Shown: positions 1 through 8,526 of the stretch, in pieces
How the letters are laid out: every line of letters starts with the position of its first letter
Position numbering within the stretch: the first letter of the stretch is position 1
Origin: Dehalococcoidia bacterium
GTDB taxonomy: Bacteria > Chloroflexota > Dehalococcoidia > UBA2979
Assembly: GCA_965262725.1 (NCBI GenBank)
Contig: OZ253555.1
Span: 3,541,408 to 3,605,407, forward strand
Reading direction: 5' to 3'
DNA length: 64,000 nt
Notes under the pieces: generated by a model
What the model saw: only the letters and a program-made list of their open reading frames with translations
Databases searched by the model: none
Told to the model about the DNA's origin: nothing
Position numbers and translations under genes: made by a program

Positions 1-711
1 CGTGCCGTCGCGCGAGAGGAACGCGACCGTGTAGACGCGCACGCCGAGCGCCGCCGCCATCTGCGCCGCCTCGACCGGCGTCACCTCCCCGGCGTTGTTC
101 TGCCCGTCGGTGAGCAGCACGACGACGCGGCTGCGCGCCGGCGACTCGCGGAGGAGGCCCGCCGCCTCGGCGAGGCCGAGTCCGATCGCCGTCCCGTCCT
201 CGATCAGCCCCGGCCCCGAGGCGCGCACGCGGCTTGCCATCGCGTCGAGATCGTCGGTGAGGGGAGAGAGCACCAGCGCTCGCGACTGGAAGATCACCAT
301 CCCCACGCGGTCGCCCTCGAGCGTGCCGAAGAACTCCTCGAGCACCGCGCGCGCCGCCTCGAGGCGGGTCGGTCCGGGGCGCGCCGTCACGTTGCCCATC
401 GACGTCGAGACATCGAGGGCGACAACGATGTCGATCCCCTCCTCGGGGATCGACACGGTCGCGAGCCCCTGCTGCGGCCGCGCCAGAGCGATGACGATCA
501 GAGCCGCCGCGAGAAGGCGCAGCATCCGGCCGACCCACAGCAGGCGAAGCCTCACGCTGCGGCGTCCTGAACCGGCACTCCGCCACGGTCCGAGATCCGC
601 CACGGCGAGCGCGGGGCGCCCGGGCGCACGCAGCGCGCGCCAGAGCGCGAGTGCCGCTACCGCCGGGAGCCCCAGCAGCAGGATGGGGGCGGCGAAGGAG
701 AGTTCGCTCAT
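1..711 (-). CDS. VWA domain membrane protein (BatA-like); the 3' end of the gene runs off the window
   Basis: Own translation of the minus strand from ATG 709-711 gives MSELSFAAPILLLGLPAVAALALW... It has N-terminal hydrophobic helices, a MIDAS-type ALDVSTSMG and later VVLLTDGQNNAG. ATGA start/stop overlap with the upstream ORF. Absent from the ORF track because there is no stop inside the window. Confidence 0.8.
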   Translation of the reverse strand, partial: MSELSFAAPILLLGLPAVAALALWRALRAPGRPALAVADLGPWRSAGSGRRSVRLRLLWVGRMLRLLAAALIVIALARPQQGLATVSIPEEGIDIVVALDVSTSMGNVTARPGPTRLEAARAVLEEFFGTLEGDRVGMVIFQSRALVLSPLTDDLDAMASRVRASGPGLIEDGTAIGLGLAEAAGLLRESPARSRVVVLLTDGQNNAGEVTPVEAAQMAAALGVRVYTVAFLSRDGT

Positions 712-1751
712 CCCGCCGTTCCCTTACCCGCCGGCGCCTCGCCGTCTCCCTCTTCGGCTGAGGCGGCCTCTGCCCGCGCGCGGCCGAGCTCGACGATCTC
801 GTAGGCGAGCGTGAGGTCGTGGTCGGCTGACTCGCGATCGGGGTGGCGGCGCGCGTAAACGGCGCGATCGCAGCGCTCCAGCAACCCGACGACGAGGCGC
901 GCCTGCCAGCGATCGATCCCCTCACCGACCATCCGCCCCTCGAGTTCGTTCGTCGTAAGGGCGGTGGCTCGGAAGCCGCCCCGCGCCTCCAGGTACTCGC
1001 GCACGACCGAGGCGATCTCGCTGTAGTAGCGCACGGCCCCCTCGCCGGCGTCCGGTGCGCCGCGGCTCGCGAGCGCGTCGAGGCGCGCCCGGGCCCCCTC
1101 CTCGAGCGGCCACCCCGCTTCCCCGCGCCGCGCGCGCGCGCTCGACCGGCGCCGGCGGCGCACCATCGAGCGCAGCAGCCACCACGCGAGCGCCAGCAGG
1201 AGCAGTGCCCCGACGGCGACGAGCGCGCGGGCGATCACCTCGGCGCGCTGCCAGGGGAGGGGCGCGCCCCCGACGTCCCGCTGAGGCGGGAGCGGCCTCA
1301 GCGCCTCGTCGTCCGGGGCAGTCGTCGCCCCGATCGTGAGCGCCGGCAGGGCGACGGGGAGCTCGATCCGGCTCCCGTCGTCCCGCAGCGCCCGCACGAC
1401 GGTCTCGCCGAGCTCGACGCGCCCGAGAGCGAAGGCGGCGATGGTGTAGACGTGCTCGCTCACCAGCCGGCCATCCGGCGTCTCGCCCTCCGACACCGTC
1501 GCGCCCTCGACGAGGTGCACGGCGAGCGCCGCGTCCACCCGGCCCACGGCGACGACCTGGTCGTTGCCGTGCTCGACCCGAACCACGAGGCGGACCGGCT
1601 CCCCGAGCACCGCCGTGACGGGGTTGAGGGTGACCCGGACCTCGATCGCACCCGGCGGCGCCTCTTGGCCGCGCGCCGGCGCGGCGGCGAGGAGGAGCGC
1701 GAGGCATGCGACGACCGCCGCGGAGCCGGCCACCCCTGGCCCCGGGCTCAC
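708..1751 (-). CDS. Bat/MoxR-operon membrane protein (signal peptide, beta-rich ectodomain, one TM helix, DUF4381-like tail)
   Basis: Lower part of ORF 708..2132. Start placed at GTG 1749-1751, which overlaps the DUF58 stop (GTGA). Signal-like AAVVACLALLLAAAPARG, TM helix VIARALVAVGALLLLALAWWLL, tail ALTTNELEGRM...DRAVYARRHP. Confidence 0.6.
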   Translation of the reverse strand: MSPGPGVAGSAAVVACLALLLAAAPARGQEAPPGAIEVRVTLNPVTAVLGEPVRLVVRVEHGNDQVVAVGRVDAALAVHLVEGATVSEGETPDGRLVSEHVYTIAAFALGRVELGETVVRALRDDGSRIELPVALPALTIGATTAPDDEALRPLPPQRDVGGAPLPWQRAEVIARALVAVGALLLLALAWWLLRSMVRRRRRSSARARRGEAGWPLEEGARARLDALASRGAPDAGEGAVRYYSEIASVVREYLEARGGFRATALTTNELEGRMVGEGIDRWQARLVVGLLERCDRAVYARRHPDRESADHDLTLAYEIVELGRARAEAASAEEGDGEAPAGKGTAG

Positions 1752-2704
1752 CGCGCCATCGCCCGGCGCCGGAAGTACGCGACCAGCGGGGCGACGACGC
1801 CCTCCCCCACGCGCAGCTCGATCTCGTCGACGCCGGCCGAGGCGAGAGCGCGCCGCCTGGCGGCCGCGCGCTCTGAGGCCGCCTGCTCGTAGCGACGCCG
1901 GACGCGCGCATCGTCGGTGTCGAGCACCAGCCGTTCGCCGCGCTCGACGTCCTCGACCTCGACAATCCCCAGCCGCGGAAGAGCGAGATCGAACGCGTCG
2001 ACCAGCGTCACGGCGATCACCTCGTGGCGCCGGGAGAGGGCGGCGAGCGCGCGCTCGTAGCCAACCGCGAGAAAGTCCGAAACCAGCACCACCACCGATC
2101 TGCGCGACAGCACACGCGAGAGATGCTCGCAAGCCACGGCGAGGTCGGTGCCCGCCCCCCTCCCAGCGTGGTGCACGACCTCGCGCACGATGCGCAGCAC
2201 GTGCCGGCTCCCCTTCGCCGGCGCCACGAACCGCTCCACGCGATCGGTAAAGGTCATCAGGCCGGCCCGGTCGTTGTTGAAGAGCGCGGCGAAGCTCATG
2301 AGCGCCACCACCTCCGCCGCCGTTCCCAGGCGACCGGCATCGGGGAACGCGGCGTACTGCGAGGCCGAGAGATCCACCGCGCAGAGAACCGCGAGCTCGC
2401 GCTCCTCGACGTACTCCTTCACCCAGGGCTCCCCCAGGCGGGCGGTGACGTTCCAGTCGATAAAGCGCACGTCGTCGCCGGGGATGTACTCCCGGACCTC
2501 GGCGAACTCCATCCCCGTTCCGCGGAACACCGAGCGATAGTCGCCGGCGACGAACTGGGTGGCGAGGCGGCGCGCTCTCAGGGCGATGCGCCGGATCGCG
2601 GCGACCTCCTCGGCGTCGAGTGCCGCCTCCGCGCTGGCGCGCGCGGTGGCCCGCCCGCCGGCACCGGCCGCGCCGGCGCGCGACCGCGTCGGGAGGGGCG
2701 GCAC
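1748..2704 (-). CDS. DUF58 (VWA-like) protein, MoxR partner
   Basis: ORF 1748..2704. Carries the motif FRGTGMEFAEVREYIPGDDVRFIDWNVTAR, typical of DUF58. Lies immediately downstream of moxR. Confidence 0.85.
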   Translation of the reverse strand: MPPLPTRSRAGAAGAGGRATARASAEAALDAEEVAAIRRIALRARRLATQFVAGDYRSVFRGTGMEFAEVREYIPGDDVRFIDWNVTARLGEPWVKEYVEERELAVLCAVDLSASQYAAFPDAGRLGTAAEVVALMSFAALFNNDRAGLMTFTDRVERFVAPAKGSRHVLRIVREVVHHAGRGAGTDLAVACEHLSRVLSRRSVVVLVSDFLAVGYERALAALSRRHEVIAVTLVDAFDLALPRLGIVEVEDVERGERLVLDTDDARVRRRYEQAASERAAARRRALASAGVDEIELRVGEGVVAPLVAYFRRRAMAR

Positions 2705-2706
2705 GG

Positions 2707-3717
2707 TCAGGGGATCCCGACGCCGTCGAGCAGCCGCTCCACGACCGCCGCCGCCGTCACCGACTGCGCCTCGGCCTCGTAGGAGAGGACGAGTCGGTGT
2801 CTCAGCACGTCGCTCGCCATCTCCTTGATGTCATCCGGAAGCACGTAGTCGCGGCCCCGGATGAAGGCGTAGGCCTGCGCAGACCGCGCCACGAAGACGC
2901 CGGCCCGCGGCGACGCCCCGTACTCCACCAGCGGCGAGAGCTCCCCCAGGCGGTAGCGCGCCGGAGTGCGCGTCGCCTCCATCAACCGCACGACATACTC
3001 TCGCAGACGCTCGTCCACCTGGACCCGCGCCGTCGCCCGCCTGAGGGCAGCGATCTGGTCCGGGCCGACCACGGCGCGCACGTCGGGCTCTTCCCCGGCG
3101 AGAGCGCGATCGAGGATCTCGCGCTCCTCCTCCCGCTCCGGGTAGTCGACGTGAATCTCGAGCATGAAGCGATCGAGCTGCGCCTCGGGAAGCGGGTAGG
3201 TCCCTTCGTGCTCGATCGGGTTCTGGGTCGCGAAGACGATGAAGGGGTCCGGCAGCGCGAGCGTCTCACCCCCGATAGAGACCTGGCGTTCCTGCATCGC
3301 CTCAAGCAGCGCCGACTGCACCTTCGCCGGAGCACGGTTGATCTCGTCGGCGAGCACGACGTTCGCGAAGATCGGACCACGGCGGATGTGGAACTCGGCG
3401 TCGCGCGGCTGGAAGACGAGCGTCCCCGTGAGATCGGCCGGCAGCAGATCGGGGGTGAACTGCACGCGAGAGAAGGAGAGACTGAGCGTCCGGGCCAGTG
3501 TCGAGACGGAGAGCGTCTTCGCGAGGCCCGGCACGCCTTCGACCAGCGCGTGGTTCGCCGTCAGCAGTGCCACGAGCAGTCGGTCGACGAGCCTCTCCTG
3601 GCCGACGATGACCCGGCCCACCTCGGCGCGCACGTCGGCGATCACCGCGTGCAGCGTCGCCCTATCGGCAACGCCGGAGTCGCCCGCGACCCTGCTCTCG
3701 GCTCGCTGTTCGGTCAT
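2707..3717 (-). CDS. moxR: MoxR-family AAA+ ATPase
   Basis: ORF 2707..3717. Walker A GVPGLAKT, ADEINRAPAKVQSALLEAMQE and FATQNPIEHEGTYPLPEAQLDRF are MoxR hallmarks. Confidence 0.9.
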   Translation of the reverse strand: MTEQRAESRVAGDSGVADRATLHAVIADVRAEVGRVIVGQERLVDRLLVALLTANHALVEGVPGLAKTLSVSTLARTLSLSFSRVQFTPDLLPADLTGTLVFQPRDAEFHIRRGPIFANVVLADEINRAPAKVQSALLEAMQERQVSIGGETLALPDPFIVFATQNPIEHEGTYPLPEAQLDRFMLEIHVDYPEREEEREILDRALAGEEPDVRAVVGPDQIAALRRATARVQVDERLREYVVRLMEATRTPARYRLGELSPLVEYGASPRAGVFVARSAQAYAFIRGRDYVLPDDIKEMASDVLRHRLVLSYEAEAQSVTAAAVVERLLDGVGIP

Positions 3718-3812
3718 CTCGCCTCATGTCGCCTCGGGGGGCGACGCACGTCCGGGGCCACGGCGCGACGTGGGAAGTGTAGCGCCCGCCCGCGTTCGAT
3801 GAGGAGGCGGCG

Positions 3813-3825
3813 GCGCGGCTAGCTG
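3813..3825 (+). repeat. 13-bp direct repeat copy 1 (GCGCGGCTAGCTG, centred on GCTAGC)
   Basis: Exact 13-mer read at 3813-3825 and again at 4462-4474. Confidence 0.7.
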
Positions 3826-4461
3826 TAGTTCCCACGGGTTACTGCAGGTGCGGGCCCCGCCTGCTGCTGTGTGTGTAGCAAGCATCGGCAGCAGGGGAGG
3901 AGCCTCTCGTGACGCATCGAAACGCGCGTCCAACCCCGGTCACCGGCCAGAGATGCTCCGGGAGGTGGGGGCCGGCGGTCCCAGGCGCCGGTCGCCCGCC
4001 GCTTCCGCGTCTCCCGCCGAACGGTCCAGGAGTGGGTGCGCCGCCTCCGAGAGGCAGGAGCGGACGGGATCAAGAACCGCACCTCCGCCCCGCACTCGAA
4101 CCCGCGGCGCACCGCAGACGAGCTGGAGCAGCGCATTTGCCCCGTGCGCAGCAGCGACGGCTTCGGTCCGCACCGCGTCTACCGGGAGAGCGGACACGGC
4201 TCCCGTCCGCCGCGCCGCACTCGCCCCGTCGGCTGCGCCTGCTACGCCGAGCGCCCCGTGTCCACCTGGACGGTGACGACCTCGAGCTCGTGGTACCTGC
4301 GGTGCTGCACGGATGATGCGCAGTGGCGCAGCAGCCGGAACGAGAGCTCACGGTCGTCCTCGATCTGCCTCTGATCGCCTAGATACGCGAGCCGGCCCTC
4401 CACGTTCTCATCCATGCCTGCCGAGGTTGCGACGAACTCGGCGCGGAGGACGGGAGTCCTC
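3824..4461. mobile_element. Degenerate IS481-like insertion sequence remnant(s)
   Basis: Contains frameshifted transposase N-terminal coding on the plus strand and a DDE-core-like fragment on the minus strand. Left edge TGTAGTTCCC follows GCTAGC. No intact ORF. Confidence 0.45.
3909..4316 (+). pseudogene. IS481-type (rve/DDE) transposase, N-terminal part, multiple frameshifts
   Basis: GTG 3909 follows GGGGAGGAG. Three plus frames read in turn: VTHRNARPTPVTGQR, then VARRFRVSRRTVQEWVRRLREAGADGIKNRTSAPHSNPRRTADELEQRI..GFGPHRV, then YAERP / RVHLDGDDLELV. The RSSxPHxSPxRT-type motif is recalled from memory, not searched. Confidence 0.5.
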
Positions 4462-4499
4462 GCGCGGCTAGCTGCCTCCTCGAGGACGCCGAGCGACAA
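4242..4499 (-). pseudogene. Possible fragment of an IS481-type DDE core in the opposite orientation (alternatively a small hypothetical gene downstream of dnaE)
   Basis: ORF 4242..4499 has high third-position GC. It reads FVATSAGMDENVEGRLAYLGDQ..DDRE..FRLLRH..VVTVQVDTGRSA, resembling FxHxAxDDxSRLAY...V.RVxTDNGS. TTG start; internal ATG at 4415. Confidence 0.3.
4462..4474 (+). repeat. 13-bp direct repeat copy 2 (GCGCGGCTAGCTG)
   Basis: Exact match to 3813-3825. Confidence 0.7.
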
Positions 4500-4517
4500 C
4501 CTTCATGGGAGCCACAG

Positions 4518-7500
4518 CTAGCGGGCGACGGCGAGAACCGGCTCGCGAGAGCCCCGCTCGGCAATGCGCGCGTCGGCGCCGGAGGCCGGCGCGGGTGCCC
4601 CGTGCTCGGCGACCTCGCCCAGCACGCCGAGGAGTGCCCGGACGCGCGGGAGCAGCGGGGCGGCGGCGGCGACCCCGGGCAGCGCCAGCCGCTCGACGCG
4701 ACCGCCTCGCGTCCGCACGGATAGCTCGACCGGGAGATCGCCTGCGCTCTCCGTCAGCATCGCCACCAGGCGTCGCATCCGCCGCCGGTCCGCCCCCTCG
4801 TCGGTCGTCTCCTCGATCGAGATGACGAGGCGCCTCGGCCCCCCGTCACCGTCCGCTCCCTGCACGCCGTCGCCGTTCCGAGAGGGCTCCTGGGGCTCGA
4901 CGGCGTACAGCCCACCACGAGCCGCCCCCGGGCCGCCGCCGTCCGGGACAGGCGCCGGTCCGGCCCCGGCTTCCGGTCGGGGTGGCGCTCCTCCCGACGG
5001 CGTCCGGCCGTCGCGGGCGCCTGACCCCCGAGCCGCCGCCCGGCCGCCCCCCGGTCCGCCCGCGGGACGGAAGCGGCCGGCGTCGAAGTCGATCAACTGC
5101 CCCGACTCGAGGTCGAACGGCGCCAGCTCCTCGACGGCGACCGTGAGCCGATCGCCCCGGCTGCGCACAGACGCCTTCGCCAGCACGACGTTGCCCGGCA
5201 CCGCGCAGTCGCGGTGGCGCTCGTACGCCTCCGGCCAGAGCGTGAGCTCCGCCGAGCCGGAGAGGTCCTCGATCGTGACGGCGGCAAACGGCCGGCCCTG
5301 CCGCGTGGCGAGCGGGCGGACGCCCGTCACCATGCCGGCCACCGTCACCTGGGAGCCTGCGAGGTCGAGACCGAGCTCGGTCGCCTGCGCCGTGGTGTGC
5401 TCCGCCAGAGCGCTCGCGGCCTGCCGATAGGGGTGCTCGCTGATGTAGGTCCCCAGCAGCTCCTTCTCCCACTGCAGGCGCTCCCGGCGCGGCACCTCCA
5501 CGGGCTCGAGATCGAGGGCCGGGAGCGGCGCGTCGACGTGATCGCCGAAGAGGTCGAACATCGAGGTCTGCCCCGTCTCACGTCGCCTCTGCTCCTGCTG
5601 CGCGAATGAGAGGACGCGATCGATCCCGGCGACCACCGTCCCGCGGCCGGCGACGCCGTCGAGGCCGTCGAGGCCGTCGAGCCCCCCTGCCTTCGCCAGC
5701 GACTCCAGCACGCGGCGGTTCAGCTCGCGCGGCTGGATGCGGCTCGCGAAGTCCTTGAGCGAGCGGAAAGGCCCGTTCGCCTCCCGCTCCGCGACGAGCG
5801 TCTCCACGGCCGCTCGGCCCACGTTCTTCACCTGCGCGAGCCCGAAGCGAATGGCGGCGGCGGATCCCGCCCCCTCCCCCCGCTCGATCGTGAAATGGAC
5901 ACCCGAGCGGTTGATGTCCGGCGGCAGCACCGGCGTGTCGAGCCGCGCACACTCGCCGACCGCGCGGGCGATGCGCTCCTGCGCGCCCGTGGGGTGAGAT
6001 CCCGCGGAGATCAGCACGGCCGCCATGAACTCGACCGGGTAGTGCGCCTTGAGGTACGCGGTCTGATAGGCGATCGTGCCGTAGGAGAAGGCGTGGGCCT
6101 TGTTGAAGGCGTACCCGGCGAACGGCTCGATGAGATCGAAGATCTGCTCGGCGAGCCGCGCGTCGTACCCGCGCTCCGCCGCGCCGCCGACGAAGCGCTC
6201 CCGCTCCGCCAGCATCACGGCCGGTATCTTCTTCCCCATCGCCTTCCGCATCACGTCGGCCTGCCCCAGCGTGTAGCCGGCGAAGACGCGGGCGATCTGC
6301 AGCACCTGGTCCTGGTAGGTGATGACCCCGTAGGTTTCGTCGAGGATGCCGGCGAGATCGGGATGCGGGTAGTGCGCCTTGGCGCGCCCGTGCTTCACGT
6401 CGATGTAGCGCGGGATCTGATCCATGGGACCCGGCCTGTAGAGCGCGACCATCGCCGAGAGCTCCCCGATGTTCTCGGGCCGCAGCTCGCGGACCTGTCG
6501 CCTCATCCCTGCCGACTCCATCTGGAAGACCCCGAACGTATCGGCCTGAGCCAAGAGGGCGGCTGCGGCCGGATCGCCGTCCGGCAGCGTCCTGAGGTCG
6601 AGGTCGAGCCCGTGAAGCTCGCGCACCAGCTCCACAGCCTGGCCCAGGATCGTGAGATTGGTGAGGCCGAGGTAGTCCATCTTCAGGAGGCCGATGCGGG
6701 CGACGTCGTCCATCGCGTACTGCGTGGTCGGCAGGAGCTCCTGATCGCCGTCGCGCGCCGACGTCGCTCGCTGCAGCGGCACGACCTCCGAGAGCGCTCC
6801 GCGAGAGATCACGATGCCCGCCGCGTGCGTCGAGGCGTGGCGCGCCACGCCCTCGAGGCCGCGCGCCGTTTCCACAAGCTCCGCAACCGCCGCGTCCTGC
6901 TCGACCGCGAGGGCGAGCTCCGGGACGTCAGCGACCGCCTGCTCCAGCGTCACGTGCAGCACGTCGGGCACGAGCCGTGCGATGCGGTCGACGTCCCCGT
7001 AGCCCATCCCGAGCGCTCGCCCCGAGTCCCGGATCGCCGCCTTCGCCCCGAGCGTCCCGAAGGTGATGATCTGGGCCACGCGGTCGCGCCCGAAGCGCTC
7101 GGCCGTGTAGCGGATCACTTCCTCGCGCCGGTCGTCGGCGAAGTCGAAGTCGACATCCGGCATCTCGCGACGCTCCGGGTTGAGGAAGCGCTCGAAGACG
7201 AGACCGTACTGCGTAGGCTCGATGTCGGTCACGTCGAGGCAGTAGAGGATGACGGAGGCGGCGGCCGAGCCCCGCACGCCCATCGGGATCTTCCGCTCGC
7301 GCGCGAACGCCGCGATGTCGCGCACGATCAGCATGTACTCGACGAAGCCGCACTCCTCGACGACGCGCAGCTCGTAGTCGAGCCGCTCGCGGTGCGCCTC
7401 CGTGGGGCTGCCGTAGCGACGCCTCAGACCCTCCTCGCAGAGGCGCCGCAGGAACGCCGCCGGCCTCTCGCCCGCCGGCACGCCCGGATCGGGGAGCAGG

Positions 7501-8339
7501 GAGCGGCCGAAGGTGAGCTCGAGGCCCACCTCCTCCGCTATGCGCGCCGTGTTGTCGCAGGCGTCGGGCAGCTCGGAGAAGAGCGCGCGCATCTCCTGCT
7601 CGGACTTCAGGTAGAAGGAGTCCCCGTCGAGCCGGAAGCGGTTCTCGTCGTGGATCGTGGCATTGGTCCCGATGCAGAGCAGCAGGTCGTGCAGGCGATG
7701 CTGCTGGGGCGTCGTGTAGTGCGAGTCGTTGGTGGCCACGAGCGGGAGCGCGAGCTCGCGCGCGAGCCCGACCAGGCCGGGCGTCAGGCGGCTGAACTGC
7801 TCCTGCCCGTGCTCCTGGAGCTCCACGTAGTAGCGCCCCGGGAAGCGCTCGCGGTACCACGACGCCGCCTCACGCGCGTCCTGCTCGCGACCATCGGCTA
7901 GCGCCGTCATGAGCTCGCCCGACGGGCATCCCGAGAGCACGATCAGCCCTTCCGCGTGGCGCTCGAGCAGCTCGCGATCGATGCGCGGGCGGTAGTAGAA
8001 CCCCTCGAGGTGGGACGCCGTCGACAGTGCGAGGAGGTTCCGGTAGCCCGTCTCGTCCCTCGCCAGGAGCGTGAGGTGCCACGGCGAGCGCTCGGCGGCG
8101 GAGCGGTCGTGGCGGCTCCCGTGCGCCACGTAGCCCTCGAGGCCGATGATCGGCTTGACGCCGGCCGCGCGCGCCGCCTCATAGAACTGGACGGCTCCGT
8201 AGAGCACGCCGTGATCCGTGATGGCGAGGGACTCCTGGCCGAGCGCCTTCGCGCGCGCCACGAGGTCCGGGATCTTCGAGAGCCCGTCGAGCAACGAGTA
8301 CTCGCTGTGCGTGTGGAGATGAGCAAACATGCCGACCAT
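4518..8339 (-). CDS. dnaE: DNA polymerase III alpha subunit
   Basis: ORF 4518..8426. PHP domain MFAHLHTHSEYSLLDG; polymerase core and OB fold readable. Start trimmed to ATG 8337-8339 (MVGMFAHLH); ATG 8328-8330 is also possible. Confidence 0.95.
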   Translation of the reverse strand: MVGMFAHLHTHSEYSLLDGLSKIPDLVARAKALGQESLAITDHGVLYGAVQFYEAARAAGVKPIIGLEGYVAHGSRHDRSAAERSPWHLTLLARDETGYRNLLALSTASHLEGFYYRPRIDRELLERHAEGLIVLSGCPSGELMTALADGREQDAREAASWYRERFPGRYYVELQEHGQEQFSRLTPGLVGLARELALPLVATNDSHYTTPQQHRLHDLLLCIGTNATIHDENRFRLDGDSFYLKSEQEMRALFSELPDACDNTARIAEEVGLELTFGRSLLPDPGVPAGERPAAFLRRLCEEGLRRRYGSPTEAHRERLDYELRVVEECGFVEYMLIVRDIAAFARERKIPMGVRGSAAASVILYCLDVTDIEPTQYGLVFERFLNPERREMPDVDFDFADDRREEVIRYTAERFGRDRVAQIITFGTLGAKAAIRDSGRALGMGYGDVDRIARLVPDVLHVTLEQAVADVPELALAVEQDAAVAELVETARGLEGVARHASTHAAGIVISRGALSEVVPLQRATSARDGDQELLPTTQYAMDDVARIGLLKMDYLGLTNLTILGQAVELVRELHGLDLDLRTLPDGDPAAAALLAQADTFGVFQMESAGMRRQVRELRPENIGELSAMVALYRPGPMDQIPRYIDVKHGRAKAHYPHPDLAGILDETYGVITYQDQVLQIARVFAGYTLGQADVMRKAMGKKIPAVMLAERERFVGGAAERGYDARLAEQIFDLIEPFAGYAFNKAHAFSYGTIAYQTAYLKAHYPVEFMAAVLISAGSHPTGAQERIARAVGECARLDTPVLPPDINRSGVHFTIERGEGAGSAAAIRFGLAQVKNVGRAAVETLVAEREANGPFRSLKDFASRIQPRELNRRVLESLAKAGGLDGLDGLDGVAGRGTVVAGIDRVLSFAQQEQRRRETGQTSMFDLFGDHVDAPLPALDLEPVEVPRRERLQWEKELLGTYISEHPYRQAASALAEHTTAQATELGLDLAGSQVTVAGMVTGVRPLATRQGRPFAAVTIEDLSGSAELTLWPEAYERHRDCAVPGNVVLAKASVRSRGDRLTVAVEELAPFDLESGQLIDFDAGRFRPAGGPGGGRAAARGSGARDGRTPSGGAPPRPEAGAGPAPVPDGGGPGAARGGLYAVEPQEPSRNGDGVQGADGDGGPRRLVISIEETTDEGADRRRMRRLVAMLTESAGDLPVELSVRTRGGRVERLALPGVAAAAPLLPRVRALLGVLGEVAEHGAPAPASGADARIAERGSREPVLAVAR

Positions 8340-8526
8340 CCCCCGCGCGGACCGCCGTTCCCCGAGCGACGGCCCGCGGCCGACCCGCCCGGTTCCGTGG
8401 TCTCCCACGCATCCGTTGTTCGGCACATCCGTGTAGGTGACTGCGCGAACGGGCGTGCGATCCGCCGGACGGCGATACTAGCCGCCCGTGCGCATGCCTG
8501 TAAAGCTCGCGCGCCGCGGTCGGGTG

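Noticed and set aside
95-1965. Track ORFs 95-814 (+), 843-1892 (+) and 922-1965 (-) over the Bat/VWA operon.
   Set aside because: Low-complexity translations. The minus-strand frames with VWA, DUF58 and membrane-protein motifs and coupled start/stop overlaps explain the region.
3860-3895. 8-bp hairpin CCTGCTGC-20 nt-GCAGCAGG, considered as a riboswitch or sRNA element.
   Set aside because: It lies in the 5' untranslated part of the IS481-like remnant, directly abutting its SD. It is more likely a leftover translational control hairpin of the transposase than a host regulatory RNA.
4085-4115. TCGAACCC-containing stretch that looked like a tRNA or tmRNA T arm on the minus strand.
   Set aside because: The flanking bases (CCGCGG / GCGGGG) do not pair into a T stem, and there is no acceptor stem or CCA. 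The region is better explained as part of the IS481-like pseudogene (codes SAPHSNPRRT).
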